Source: Blastocladiella emersonii ATCC 22665
Lineage: Eukaryota; Fungi; Blastocladiomycota
Length of the DNA stretch: 64,000 nt
Direction: 5' to 3'
NCBI GenBank assembly: GCA_025594325.1
Contig: JANHCV010000008.1
Coordinates: forward strand, 1,550,001-1,614,000
A program made the position numbers and the translations under genes. Shown in pieces: positions 1 to 11,329 of the stretch. Position 1 is the stretch's first letter. Every line of letters starts with the position of its first letter. A model generated the notes under the pieces. That model saw only the letters and a program-made list of their open reading frames with translations, was not told the DNA's origin and searched no databases.

Positions 1-506
1 TCGCTTCCGCCGCGCTTTCCGCGCCACATCTTGACTACGGCGCCAAGGTGCAGGCCGTGCAAGACGTGTTGCGCGGCAGCAACGGCGAGCGGACCGTCGT
101 TTGGTGTCAGTCTCCGGTCCTCGCAGCGCTCATCTCGCGCGCGATCGCCACGACCACTGACCTGCCCTTCATTGACAGTTTCCCGCCAATCCTCGCCGTG
201 GCGGAGCGCGCCATGACCGAGTTCAACGAAGGAATGCACCCAGAGCCCCGCGCAATCATCCTGCCGCTTCCCGACGACGTGCGGGCAGCTGTCAGTGCGC
301 GACTCTTCCCCAACCGACTCAACATGCTGTTCGTGCATCCAGTTGTCGGCAGTTCCGAGTCCGAGACGCTCCAGCTCGTCTACCGGGCGTTGCGCATCGC
401 AAAGGACGATAACGTCGCTGTCCGGTGGCTCGTGGCCAAGGGTACAGTTGAGGAGAGCCTGATACGCCCGATCGTGGCCAAGTTCCGGTTCGGGTTGCCG
501 GAGTAA
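1..506 (+). CDS. 5'-partial protein resembling a degenerate SNF2-family helicase C-terminal domain
   Basis: C-terminal QLVYRALRIAKDDNVAVRWLVAKGTVEESLI matches the SNF2 motif-VI region (QAxxRaxRiGQxxxVxVyRLvxxgTvEE). AKVQAVQDVLRGSNGERTVVWCQ matches the start of HELICc. The frame is open to the window start. Confidence 0.55.
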   Translation, partial: ASAALSAPHLDYGAKVQAVQDVLRGSNGERTVVWCQSPVLAALISRAIATTTDLPFIDSFPPILAVAERAMTEFNEGMHPEPRAIILPLPDDVRAAVSARLFPNRLNMLFVHPVVGSSESETLQLVYRALRIAKDDNVAVRWLVAKGTVEESLIRPIVAKFRFGLPE

Positions 507-706
507 AGCCTTTATCTATCCGTACAACTTGTATAAACATCGCTTTGCTTTCTGCCCGCAATACTTGCCTGAGGAACACAGAAGCACGCTTTCGACGCGT
601 TCCGATATCATGTGACAGGCGTGAGACGAATGCCGCCACAACTCGGACGCCGCGGCCGCCAAGCAGCCTTCCCTCCACCACTCTGAACACTACGGAAGCA
701 CATGCA

Positions 707-2432
707 ACTTACCGCAACTTGAACTTGCCGCACATTGTCGAGCGTGTCCTGCGTTATGCTGTCCAGGTGCACGACAACCCAAACGACATGGTCGGACTCG
801 CGCAGTACGCGCGCGTCATGAAGCACGCGGACATCCCGTCCGTCATCCGCGCCATCTTGCTCCGATGCCCGCTGCTTTCCATGGACGAGGCGAGCAAACG
901 CGGGAAACTTGCTGCACTGGACTTGTGGCGCGAATCGCGATTGCCCTTGAACTACACGGTCGAGGCGTTGCTGGGCGCTGGTCGCGCGCTGAAATACCAG
1001 GTGCTGGACTGGTGGCGCGACTCGGAGCTTCCAATCCAGGGACTATTGGACTCGATGGATGGTAACGACGGTGCGTCTGAGGTTGTGGTTGGCGTGATCG
1101 GAGCTCGCGTAGTCTCTGAAAGGGGGAGGGTTCGTTAGATTCTCGCTACGGCCGAGTCGATTGATGATGGTGCTAACTGTAAATTTAGGCTTGGCTGCGC
1201 AACCTGGAGCCGGGTGACGCACAAGTCGTACAAATCGCATCCAGTATCTCCCACGGCAAGTGCAACACTGTTAATTTAGCTGCCGGACGACTCACCCGAT
1301 ACGGGATCAATACCCTGAATTGTGCGCTGGCGAGCGACCGCCAGGAGGTTGAATCTCTGTACTTCGGCCAGTGCAACATGACCGTCGATATTGCCCGGTC
1401 CCTCGCCCTTCCGTCAACGGTGACCTCGATTACCTTCGAAAGTATGCGCCACGACGTTCCGCGCGCTGCCTCGCCCACCGCCACACTCTCCCGCCCGGTT
1501 CCCCGTTTCCTGATTCGGTGACATTCCTACACTTCGAGCATTCCTGGGTCGACCCACGGTGTGACGCGGCGTTGGGTAGTCTCTTCCCGGTGCGTCTCAA
1601 GCGTCTCAACATGTTCAGCTATGACCTCAGTCTGCTTGACGCCTCGACCACGTTCTTTACTTACCTTCCCTCGACGCTCAAGTCTCTCAATTTCGATCAA
1701 ACCTGCTTTCGGCCTTCGAATTTGGCTGACTCGGCGATGCCAACCCCCGCTTTTACGGCGCTCTTGCGCTCACTTCCGCGCTCCTTGGAAGGACTACGTC
1801 TCGACGCGTACATGCTGACTGCCGCGGACATTCAAGTTCTTGCACTAAAGCTCCCTAGCTCGCTTGCAGAGCTCGATCTCTCAGGCAATAAGTTCAACGG
1901 AGCCATGTCAGCCCTTGATCTGCCTCCAAAGCTACGTGTTCTCAAACTCGCGTCATGTTCTCTCTCTGATTCTGATCTCGGGATGCTTGCAAGCGACGTG
2001 CCGCGGCACCTGCAGACTCTCTGGTTGGTCGACAGCGCGTCCACCGACATACAGACCCTGGAAGACGCACCCGGCCGCCGTGCGCTTGTTCGGGCCGTCA
2101 CGGCGCTTCGCAAACTCGAGGTGTTGGCGCTTGGTGGGCTGGGTCTTTCCGACGCTGATCTAGCTGTCATGCTCGAGCGGCCCTTACCAGTCAACTTACG
2201 CGCTCTTGTTTTGGACGGTAATCAGATCACGGACGCGAGCCGTGGCCTGCTGCTCGGACTCGCACCAGAAGTTCCGGCGGCCGCCGAGCTCAAACTGTCA
2301 GTCGGCGGCACGTTCCTTGCGCACCAGCCCGCGGACGCGCTCAATGGATGCAAACGAGTAAAAGTGTACGCATCGTGGAAAGCACTGCGGCACGGGATGA
2401 TAAAGGACAAACTGCTCGAGGTCGTTAAATAA
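707..2432 (+). pseudogene. ankyrin-like N-terminus + RNI-like LRR family member 1 (interrupted or spliced; no ATG at the paralogous start position)
   Basis: LPHIVERVLRYAV..SMDEASKRG..LDLWRESRLPL..VLDWWRDS (to 1138) aligns with the N-termini of the ORFs at 5918-7615 and 19777-21465. ORF 1371-2432 has LxxLxLxxN repeats (LAELDLSGNKF, LRALVLDGNQITD). 1138-1371 has stops and intron-like signals. Confidence 0.5.
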
Positions 2433-2489
2433 TATAGAAATGCGCAGGTTGTACATGACGCTACTCTTGATCTATGCATTTGCCCCCAC

Positions 2490-2930
2490 CACAGCACCAA
2501 GGTTTGGGCCGTAATCAAGGTGCTGCACAGCGAGGTCGGCGAGCGGACCGTCATTTAATGTCCGTGCCGGGCTCATTGCGCATACGATTCAGTCTCAACC
2601 AAACATGATGTTCGTCGACCTTGACCCGTTGGAAATCGATGCAATGCGGTACTTGCCGCAAGGGCGCGCTCAAAGTTCATGGTGCTGGAGGTGTGTGCGC
2701 TATGACTTTCCGACACGGACTTGGTTCCTTACTCGAATCACCGTTGCCGTCCAAACGACACGCGCTCATCCTGACCGGCAACCTGATCACAAACGCGAGC
2801 GTGCCCTACTGCTTGGACTTGCGCCAGCGGACCCAGCGACCACAAGGTTCAACGTGTCCGCGGATAGCATGTTAGCTTCAGGTCGGTCCATGGATTCGCT
2901 CAAGGAAGCCAATGGGCTGGAAGTATACGG
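2490..2930 (+). pseudogene. relic copy of the SNF2-C-like / LRR module
   Basis: 2495-2560 reads HSTKVWAVIKVLHSEVGERTVI* and aligns with AKVQAVQDVLRGSNGERTVVW of the 1-506 ORF (W replaced by TAA). 2760-2810 reads HALILTGNLITNAS, an LRR-like unit. Confidence 0.4.
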
Positions 2931-3609
2931 TTGATGAGAGGCCTTGCCGTACGACGTTCTGATGAAGGAACTTGACGACGAGTAAGGAAATACAGTCGCT
3001 TGATCCGTATATCATTCGTGCGCGGTGTATTTCAAGGTGGTTGACCGCGACGACGGTAAGGGGGTATAGCGCACCATCGATTTGCGAACAGATACTTCGA
3101 CTCAGGGGCAGAGTGCGGCGTGTGAGACGCGACGGGAAAACATGTGACGCGGGCGGTTGAGACAGGTCACGGACGTGGCCGGGCGCTCCCTCTTCGAGGC
3201 GGGCTTCCGCCCATTAATGAATCGGATGGATAACGCCACTTGCTGCAAACGATTCATGACGGCCCATGCGAGGTCCCCCTGTCGTCGCTTCCGCCTCGCA
3301 GAGTTAGCCGAGCATGAGGTCCGCGAACCGTGTCAGCGCGTAACGCTTCTGTCGCCGCTAGCTTTTCATGCACACCGCCACGATGACCGTGTGCCTTTGT
3401 GCAGCGACGGTTTGCTGGACAGTGCTTCCCGTGCGTGCTTGGCGAGCGTGGGGCAGCACTCCGCGACTTGTGGAGCAGTTCGACAATCGAGTTCGCAGCT
3501 TCACGAAAATGAGGTGGAATGAATGCGCAACGCGCATAACTGTATTGGGAAGAATGATTTTGCAAAGCGAACGAGCGGGTGGGTATGAACAGAGCGACAG
3601 CGAGAGCGA

Positions 3610-4503
3610 CTAGCAGAGGCCGCTGAAGTCGGTCGAGCAATCCGGAACGTGCCACGCAGACGACGCCTCGTGCGTTGGGACGGGCACAGCGACCGTCGCC
3701 GAGTGATCCCAGCCCTGCGCGAAGGCGTCGTGCGACTGCGACTGCGACTGGAACTGCGCCGTGTGGTCGGCGGTCGTGCCCTGGGCCTGGAACTGCGTGG
3801 CCGACCACAGGTCGTCGTGTGGGGCGGCGGCCTGGTGCACGAACGTGTCGGACGTGACCTGGCCCTGCGACGAGCTGCCGGCGCCGAGCTGCCACTGGTC
3901 CGCGTGCAGCGTGTCGACCACGTCGACCTGGTGGTTGGCCGTCGTCCAGTGGATCTGCGACACGTCGTGCCCGTTGCTTGAGACGACCTGGGTCTGTGCC
4001 CAGCCGGCGTCGCCCGCGGCCGACTGCCACTGGCCCGTCGTCGCTCCCGCGGCGTGGTCGGCACCGCCGACCGTGGTGTGGACGGTGGTCGACTGCGCGC
4101 CCGCGCCGACGCCGCCCGTCTGCGCCTGGACCGCCGTCGTTCCCGTAGTGACGCCGGGCGTCGCGTAGACGGCCGTGTGGCCGCCGGCGGACACGACGTT
4201 GACGACGTCGCCGGCCTGGTGGATGTTGACGCCCGACGCGTCGTTGGCCTGGATGATGTTGTTCTGGACCGTGAAGCCGTGCGGCACGGGGCCCGTCAGG
4301 TCCGTGACGTTGACGAGCAGCAGCGACTGGTCAATGTCGGCGCCCGACGCCGCGTTGTGCACGATGATGTTGTTCTGGACGAGTCCCGTGGCCGTGCCGG
4401 CGTCGACGTGCGCCGACGTGAAGGAGCCGACGGCCGCGTCCTGCGAGATGTGCATGCCGCTGGCGTCCTGCGAGACGATGAAGTTGTGCTGGATGACGCT
4501 CAT
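3610..4503 (-). CDS. orphan 297-aa protein with three QNNII..ASGxxIxQ repeats and a Gln/His/Thr/Ala-rich tail (copy 1)
   Basis: Strong GC3 codon bias begins at MSVIQHNF, and the paralogue at 15977 starts with the same MSVIQHN. This places the true start at 4503 rather than 4752. Confidence 0.8.
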   Translation of the reverse strand: MSVIQHNFIVSQDASGMHISQDAAVGSFTSAHVDAGTATGLVQNNIIVHNAASGADIDQSLLLVNVTDLTGPVPHGFTVQNNIIQANDASGVNIHQAGDVVNVVSAGGHTAVYATPGVTTGTTAVQAQTGGVGAGAQSTTVHTTVGGADHAAGATTGQWQSAAGDAGWAQTQVVSSNGHDVSQIHWTTANHQVDVVDTLHADQWQLGAGSSSQGQVTSDTFVHQAAAPHDDLWSATQFQAQGTTADHTAQFQSQSQSHDAFAQGWDHSATVAVPVPTHEASSAWHVPDCSTDFSGLC

Positions 4504-5167
4504 TTCGTTGCGAGTGTGTGTGCAATATGCTTCGTGTTGCTGTTGGTGGTGAGAGCGAGAGCAGAAGGGGGACGCGCGGTTTATGTACGGTCGGCCGCCG
4601 CTTACGCCTATAAATGGACAGCGAAAAGGCTGAAACGCGTTCGGAGCACTAGCAACCTTTGCGGTAACGCGAAACGGTCCGCTGCGGCGCACACCCGTCG
4701 TCTCCCAGACAGCACCGCGAGCCGTTGCAACTGATGCAGCGGCACCACTCATGTCGTGTGGAGCGGTACCAGATCATCGGGAGAGAGCGTGGGAAGCGCG
4801 ACGCGTTCGAGCGACCGTCGGCCTTGTTCCCGATCCGGGCGTCAACGCGCGCGTTGGGTTGCGCGGAGTTGCGCCGAGACGCCGTGGCCGAGAGGGGCAG
4901 GTCGAGTCGCCCTTGGCCGCGGAGGTCGGGACAGGCGAGTGAGCGCGAAGGGGGCAAGCCACACGAGGAGCGCCGACCGGCCGATCGGGCCGTCATGGTG
5001 CGGTGGGAAGTGACGTGAGTGGCGCAACACGTCGCTCCGCCATGGCGACTTTGTCGAAGGGAATGCAACAAGTCGCTGCCGCCTTGACCGACCGAAGGCG
5101 ACCGGGAAAAGTGTCGCGCGCCTATATATCCCGCCTGACCGCCCATCAGTTGTGCAGCAGCACGAGA

Positions 5168-5240
5168 GGGCATATAGCGGAGTGGATACCGCGTCAGTTT
5201 CCGGCACTGAAGGACCCAGGTTCGAACCCTGGTATGCTCG
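5168..5240 (+). tRNA. tRNA-Arg(CCG)
   Basis: Cloverleaf: acceptor GGGCATA/TATGCTC, D-arm GCGG-AGTGGATA-CCGC, anticodon arm TCAGT-TTCCGGC-ACTGA (anticodon CCG), T-arm CCAGG-TTCGAAC-CCTGG, discriminator G. No intron. Confidence 0.93.
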
Positions 5241-5246
5241 TTTTTT
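5241..5246 (+). terminator. RNA polymerase III oligo-dT terminator
   Basis: TTTTTT immediately after the tRNA 3' end; mirrored as AAAAAA at 22185-22190. Confidence 0.8.
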
Positions 5247-5459
5247 GCCGCCCGGATCACCGCGTCGGTTACCCCACGCGCCTCCTTTTGTCGCGACGCG
5301 TTTTACCGAGCTACTGCGCTCGTCGAACTTGATGCGCACAGCCAATCAAGCAGCAGTGCGTTCGTCGACGCGTCTCGACGAGCACCGCCGCGGCTGATCA
5401 AGTCCATTGGCCTTTGCTTTGACTCGGCTAGAGCACGTCGGGTCTACCATCATCTCTCG

Positions 5460-5720
5460 ATGTCGCGCGGTGCACTCGGTATGTACGCGACTTTTTTGGC
5501 TTCGAATTTCATGCCGCGCGCTCGCCAAGCTTGCTCAAATCGGTCCGCGCGCTTGACATCGCCAAAGGATGCTTTCGCGGCGTCGAGCAACAGTCTCGCC
5601 CAAACGACGCGGTTCTCGTGCAAGCTGCGCGAACTGAAACTCGACGCGACCAAGACCACGACGCGAGGCGCCATTACTGTAATCGGCGCTCTCTTCTCGC
5701 TGCCACGCTCGACTTTCTAG
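5460..5720 (+). pseudogene. LRR gene relic
   Basis: KLRELKLDATKTTTRGAITVIGA is homologous to NLHELKLDATKASSRGATTVIAA at the mirror position (21830-21900, minus strand). Confidence 0.4.
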
Positions 5721-5917
5721 GCCTCCCGGCCAAACTGATTGGATGTGATGAGCTCAGTGCGCTGGCTCGAGGCAGCTGCGCTTGTGCCGCGTCAACCTCG
5801 CCCGCCGGACAACAACAACACTGCCATGGCCAAGTTGGCTACAATTTGATGCGCGCGCCTTCGAAGTGTGCATAACCAGCCGTGTATTACTCGTGAAACC
5901 GCAAACATATTGATTGC

Positions 5918-7615
5918 TCATAGGACCACATGTCCTGCCGTAAGCACAATCAAACAGGTGAGCGAATCGGGCGCAGCAGCTTGAATAGCAGCATGACCTG
6001 CGCACGTCACGCGATCGTCTGTCAGGACCAGGCTTTTGAGAGTGCCTGGAAGATGCTGTGCCAGAACGTAGGCACCAGCGTCCGTGATCTCGTTGGTGCC
6101 CAGACGCAACTCGCTCAGAGATGATGGAAGCGCTGGAGCGAGCGCGACAACGCCCGCGTCCCCAAGGTTGGTTGACGATAGATCCAGATGATGGAGATGG
6201 GGTGGCATGTTTGATGCAAGAAGTTCCGCGCCAGCTGGTCCGAGATCGGACGCAGTTAGGTCGAGATATGTGAGAGAGCGCGGCAGCGCTGAGAACAGGT
6301 TCAGTATATCCGACCGTGAGAAGCGGCAGCCACCCGCAGTCAGATACTCGAGACTGTCAGGAAGTGCGCGCGCGAGTGCTGCAGCCACACCGGTGCTAGC
6401 GGATTGAAAGTGAAGAAACTTGAGCACGCGAAGTGAGGATCGCGGCGAATCACCCAGCGTGCTGACCAATTGGTTTGTCAAAACGGTCCCCGAGATCACG
6501 ATACTCTGAAGTTGCGCAGGAAGGACGGCGACTGGCGGCGGATCCGGGGAAGCGGAGAGTTCCGATGAGCTGGAAGTGAGGGTGGCCTGGCTGCTCGCGC
6601 CGCCAGTAATGTGGCCAATTGTAAGACTCTGAAGCGAGGCAGGAAGATGACACACAATTGCTGCAAATCCGGTCTCGGTGAGATGGTTGCCGGTTAGGTT
6701 AAGCTGCTTAAGGGACGACGGAAGAGCGCGAACAACGTCAAGGGTAGCGCGATCGTCAAGCGAGCAGAGCGCAATCAGTAGGGAGCTAAGTGAGACGGGG
6801 ATGGTACGAAAGAGGTGAGGTACGGCGGCAGACAGCTTGGCCTCGGAAATGGTGAGCGATTCAAGCCCCAGCGGCCAGTTCATGGCGGTCGTAGGCGAAG
6901 GCGGCGAGTTAGACAAGCCGCCGAGCCAGAGTCCTCCAAGGCTTATAGAGCGCAACGACGCGGGGAGCCGAAGCGCCAGCACTCGAGGAACGTTAAGCGT
7001 GCAGCCGTGAAACAATATTGATTTGAGCGCCTGCGTGGGGCTCGCCATGGCTGCGTTGAGCATGTGAACTCCGGCCAACGAAATGGGAAACGCATCGATG
7101 TGAAACTGATCCACAGTGCCAGTCGCAACCTTGGCGCACCAATCGTCGAGGCCCTCGTCAACTGCCAGCGGGCGATCTTGATCGTCGTCGGCCATGGGAT
7201 AGAGACCGAGAGCAACATCAACATCCCAATGGTAATGAGCCCTGTCCAACCAAGACCTAACATTGCTGGGGTACCGTGCGCCGGACGCGCGCCACCACTC
7301 GAGGATCTCAAGGTTCTGTGCTTCGACGGCTGCACCGAGTGCATCGGTCGAGCAAGCGAGAGGGAGACCGAGCGCCGCCCAGCGGTTGAGCACGGGCATA
7401 CTCCCACGCGCGGTTGCCGCATCTAGTGAGAACTTTGGTACGCGCTGCAAGAGAGTCCGTTCGACGCTTGGGATGAGAGCTCGAGGCAGCACACGGGCGT
7501 ACTGCAGGAGCGGTTCTACGTCGTCAACGGGTCCGCTCTCGTCAAGGTGACGCTCAAGCGCGAAGACGAGGATCCGCTCGATGATGGATGGGACATGAAT
7601 AGCCTCGAACGTCAT
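5918..7615 (-). CDS. ankyrin-like N-terminus + RNI-like LRR protein (565 aa), family member 2
   Basis: Uninterrupted ORF with repeated LPxxLxxLxLxxNxLxxxG units (LKQLNLTGNHLTETG, LHHLDLSSTNLGDAG, LSELRLGTNEITDAG). N-terminal SLDAATARG..VLNRWAALG..ILEWWRASG. Confidence 0.82.
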   Translation of the reverse strand: MTFEAIHVPSIIERILVFALERHLDESGPVDDVEPLLQYARVLPRALIPSVERTLLQRVPKFSLDAATARGSMPVLNRWAALGLPLACSTDALGAAVEAQNLEILEWWRASGARYPSNVRSWLDRAHYHWDVDVALGLYPMADDDQDRPLAVDEGLDDWCAKVATGTVDQFHIDAFPISLAGVHMLNAAMASPTQALKSILFHGCTLNVPRVLALRLPASLRSISLGGLWLGGLSNSPPSPTTAMNWPLGLESLTISEAKLSAAVPHLFRTIPVSLSSLLIALCSLDDRATLDVVRALPSSLKQLNLTGNHLTETGFAAIVCHLPASLQSLTIGHITGGASSQATLTSSSSELSASPDPPPVAVLPAQLQSIVISGTVLTNQLVSTLGDSPRSSLRVLKFLHFQSASTGVAAALARALPDSLEYLTAGGCRFSRSDILNLFSALPRSLTYLDLTASDLGPAGAELLASNMPPHLHHLDLSSTNLGDAGVVALAPALPSSLSELRLGTNEITDAGAYVLAQHLPGTLKSLVLTDDRVTCAGHAAIQAAAPDSLTCLIVLTAGHVVL

Positions 7616-8372
7616 GTTGCATCAAGTTCACATGCGGTTGCGCCGGGTGTTGGCGAGGTACGAGGTTGGAGCCGAGAGCGTGAGCGTGACCATCGCCCGC
7701 GGGCGCACCACTTCAAACGCGACCGCGCGTCACATGATTGATTGACGCGTCTCATACGATGACGACGACGGGACCGCAGACCAACTTTATTCCCGAGATG
7801 TGCCGGTTAGCAAAAAAAAATCAAACCAATGAGCAACATTTTGGGCGTGTATCGCGCGAGCCCTTGTGTCGACTACCGTGCGCCAACACGTTGCCGCCCT
7901 CTTGTTCGACCACTGCGACCCTTGCACAAACGCATTCCACACATGCTGCAGCTATTGGATTCGGTTGCGTGAGCATTCTAATAACCACTCTCGCAGCGTC
8001 GCCAAACGTGGAGCCTATCGTGCGCCAGCGTGGCTCTCGCCCCAGCTCCGCGAGCGCCGCGACCAAACGTGCTCGCCGTCCTGCCTGCCACCTTCGAGTA
8101 ACCAGGACTCGCAACCAACTTGCTGGTCTTGTCGCGCTCGTTCGAGACAGGTTACTCCCACTGACGACGATCCAATCCATTTCGTCCTCCCACTGCAGCC
8201 GCGACCGCCAACACGCGTCGCTGACACGATCCTCACGTTTTAAACACTCGACTGACTTGGCGTTGTGCTGCACCGTCTACCATCATAGTGGGATAGGAAA
8301 AAGCATGCAATTTGATTATCAATGTGATTGGGATCGAACACAGACGCGGCCGCAGTGACTTGACGCGGAACC

Positions 8373-10057
8373 TCACGGTTCCTCGGCGCACGCGATCGCG
8401 AGAGCCGCGCGGCATTCCTGCACAGTCCTGCCGAAGTGGTTGACGCCGCCGCAAGTTATGTTAAGCCATGCGAGAGCAATGGGCATGTTCTCCTTAAGCA
8501 GCCTTGCCCCAGCCCTCGTGATCCTGTTCGCGCTCAGATCCAATTTCTTAATGGAGGGTGGAAGCGCAGGTGCAAGCGCTCGAATAGCCGCATCTTCAAG
8601 GTTGGTCGAGAAGAGCACCAAGCATTCCAGACGTGAAGGCATACGTGCGGCCAACAAGGCTGCGCCCGCGCGACCAATGGTAGATCCAGTGAGATCGACG
8701 CGGGTCAGGGAAGACGGCAGCTTTGAGAGCAGGTCGCAAGCGCTCGTGTGCGATAAATCGCATCTGTACACGTCGAGGACCAACAAACATGGCGGCAACA
8801 TGCGGCCCAGTTTGGCGACGGCGTTGTCGTCCGCTGCCTTGAACCGAAGCGTGAGGCGTTGGAGTGATTGAGCGGGAAGAGAGTCTCCAATTGCGTCAAG
8901 AACTGGACGCGTCAGCTTGTCTCCTGCAATCGACAGTGAGACGAGTCGCGATGGAAGCACGGGTGATGGTGCACGCGTTGGAGCGGTGAACGTCTCCGTA
9001 TGAGTGGGCGCGTCCACTTTCGAGCGGCCCGCTCCATTTGACACGTGGCCGATCGTCAGCTCGTGCAGCGAGGGAGGAAGGAGGGGCACGATTGTCTCGA
9101 GACCCGCAACGGTCAGCCGATTACCTCGCGCGTCGAGCTTTTGGAGAGACGGGGGAAGCGCGCGGACAAGATCGCGGACGCTAGCGTCATTGAGCTGGCA
9201 CTCGGTCGCCGAAAACGACTTGAGCGTTGGCGGCAGATCTCGGAAAAGGTACGGGGCTGCGGCTCCCAAACTAGCATGAGAGAAATCGAGAGACACGAGG
9301 CTGGGCGGCCAGCTCACTGGAACCAGCTGACTTGGTGGAAATGTCAGCAGGCTCCCAAGCCAGTGGCCTCCGAAGATGGCGGTGCGCAGAGTCGAGGGAA
9401 GCTGTAAGGCAAGCAATCGGGGAGTATTGAGGGTGCAGCCGTCGATGGTCACCCTGTCAAGCGCCTGGCAGGAATTCGCCATGGCCGAGTTCAGCGCGCG
9501 AATCTTGGGCATCGAAATAGGGACACCCTCGACGTCGAGCGACTTGGTGGAACCAGCCGCGATCCCTGCGCACAGCTCATCCATAAACTGTTGCAGAACG
9601 GACGGGTGGCACATAGGGTGTTCAATCTCGGCCATGTCAAACGAGACGCCCAGTGCGGGATAATGTCAAAGTCGTCTTCGCCTTCGTCCAGGCGCGCCTT
9701 CATCTCGCCACGATTGAGCGCGCCCGTCGCACGCCACCACTCGAGTACTTCGAGGTGCCGTGCATGAATAGCGGCGTCGATTGCGAGGGCCGAGCAGTTC
9801 AGTGGGAGGCCGAGCGCAGCCCACCGTCTGAGAACAGGTATAGCCCCGCGCTCGGTCGCCGCGTCAAGCGAAAAACACGGCGCACGCTGTAATAGAGTAC
9901 GCTCTACGCGTGGTATGAGAGTGCGTGGCATGACGCGCAAATACTGCAGAAGCCGCTCGACATTTTGGGCCAGGCCGCTCTCGTCCAAGTCTCGCTCAAG
10001 TGCCAAGACGAGGATCCCCTCGATGATGGACGGGACATGAATAGCCTCAAAGGTCAT
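8373..10057 (-). pseudogene. ankyrin-like + RNI-LRR family member 3, frameshifted near 9655
   Basis: The N-terminal ORF (MTFEAIHVPSIIE..) and the LRR ORF 8373-9635 overlap in different frames. The paralogue's WDVDVALG is split here as DFDII / ALGVSFDMAE. Confidence 0.7.
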
Positions 10058-10293
10058 GCTGCATCAAGCTTACATTCGGTTGCGCCGGGTGGTAGCGAGG
10101 TAGGAAATCGGAGCTGAGAGCGGGAGCGCTGTCGTCGCCCGCGAGCGCGCCACTTCGAACGCAGCCGCTCGTCACATGATTGATCGACGCGTCTCGAACG
10201 AAGGTTTTGAAGGGGTTCAAGTTGAGCAGACGGTGTAAGAGGTAGCTAGAACGGGAAACTATATGATACAAAACTACTCCTCAACAAGGCAAA

Positions 10294-11112
10294 CTACGAC
10301 ATGAAAGTGGCGAGCGACTTGATGATGAGCGCGGGGCTCTTGCCGGCCGAGTAGACGGGGATCGGGAGCTTTTCGGCGGGCAGGCGCATGAGCGTGGTGA
10401 CGGCGAGGCGCGCGGCGCGGACCGAGTACTCGACGGTGAAGACCACGTCGTCAGGCATCTCGACGTACTGCGACACGAAGGCGAGGTTGGTCGAGCCGCG
10501 CGGCACGACCTGCGGGCGGTCCTCGGCGGTGCGCGTCAGGAACTGGGACGTGATGAAGGGCATGTACGCGGGCACGACCGAGGCCGACGCCAGGATCCGG
10601 TCGCGGTTGGCCGGCTCGACGAACGCGCCCTTGAGGTGGAACAGCAGCTCCTCGAGCATCTCGCGGCCCGTGCACTCGCGCATCGTCTTCTGGATGTAGT
10701 TGCCCTTGCGGTCCGAGAACAGGCCGTACGCCCAGAACACCTGCATGTTGGCCGGCTGGTTGCGGAAGTGCGGCTGGTACGCGAGCACGATCGACATGAG
10801 CCAGTTCGAGTCCTTGAAGGTGATGAGGGCGGCCGTGCCGGCCTCGTTGCCCGAGAACTGCTCGACCAGGTCGAAGAAGGTGGTGTTGTCGGTGAAGGTG
10901 GTGGTGAAGGACATCCAGTTGGACTCGTGCTCGCGCGACGTGAAGGCGGTCGGGTTGCCCGAGACGATTGGGAACTCGTGCGCGATCTGCTGCCACACCT
11001 TCCACGCGCCGTCGGCGGCGTGCGCGGGCGCGCCGTTCGGGATCTCGGGCGCGGGCTTGTCGGTCGACCCGAGCGTGGCGGCCGACGTCATGGACCCGTT
11101 GGTGACAAACAC
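10294..11112 (-). pseudogene. oleate hydratase (myosin-cross-reactive antigen family), C-terminal half only
   Basis: Family motifs VFVTNGSMT, LITFKDSNWLMSIV, QPHFRNQP, MPFITSQF..R..DRPQVVP, DDVVFTVEYSVRAA. No FAD-binding N-terminal half and no splice acceptor are visible upstream. Confidence 0.85.
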
Positions 11113-11329
11113 GGGATGGGAGCGGAGTCAGACCAAGTCACCGTGACGCATCGTGCAAGGCTTGGGCAGGGTTTGGAAGGGCGGCGCCACACCTCCACGT
11201 GCCTATCTGACGTCATCCGATCTTCCTCGCTTCGTTCGCTCGATCCGATCGCGTCGTTCTTCTCGCTCCCCTGATCGAGTCCATGCAACGAAACTGAACG
11301 GAAACGAACGAAAGACACTTCTTGCAATC

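Larger units (their letters stand above)
3589..5372. repeat. left arm (apparently identical core) of a long inverted repeat; partner 22059-23842
   Basis: Reverse complement matches at both ends (coordinate sum 27431), and every ORF translation in this interval equals its opposite-strand counterpart. The first mismatches are at 3588/23843 and 5373/22058. Confidence 0.95.

Noticed and set aside
4504-4752. N-terminal 83-aa extension of the 380-aa ORF (also 22679-22927)
   Set aside because: It lacks codon bias, contains TATA-like promoter sequence, and the paralogue at 15977 starts at MSVIQHN.
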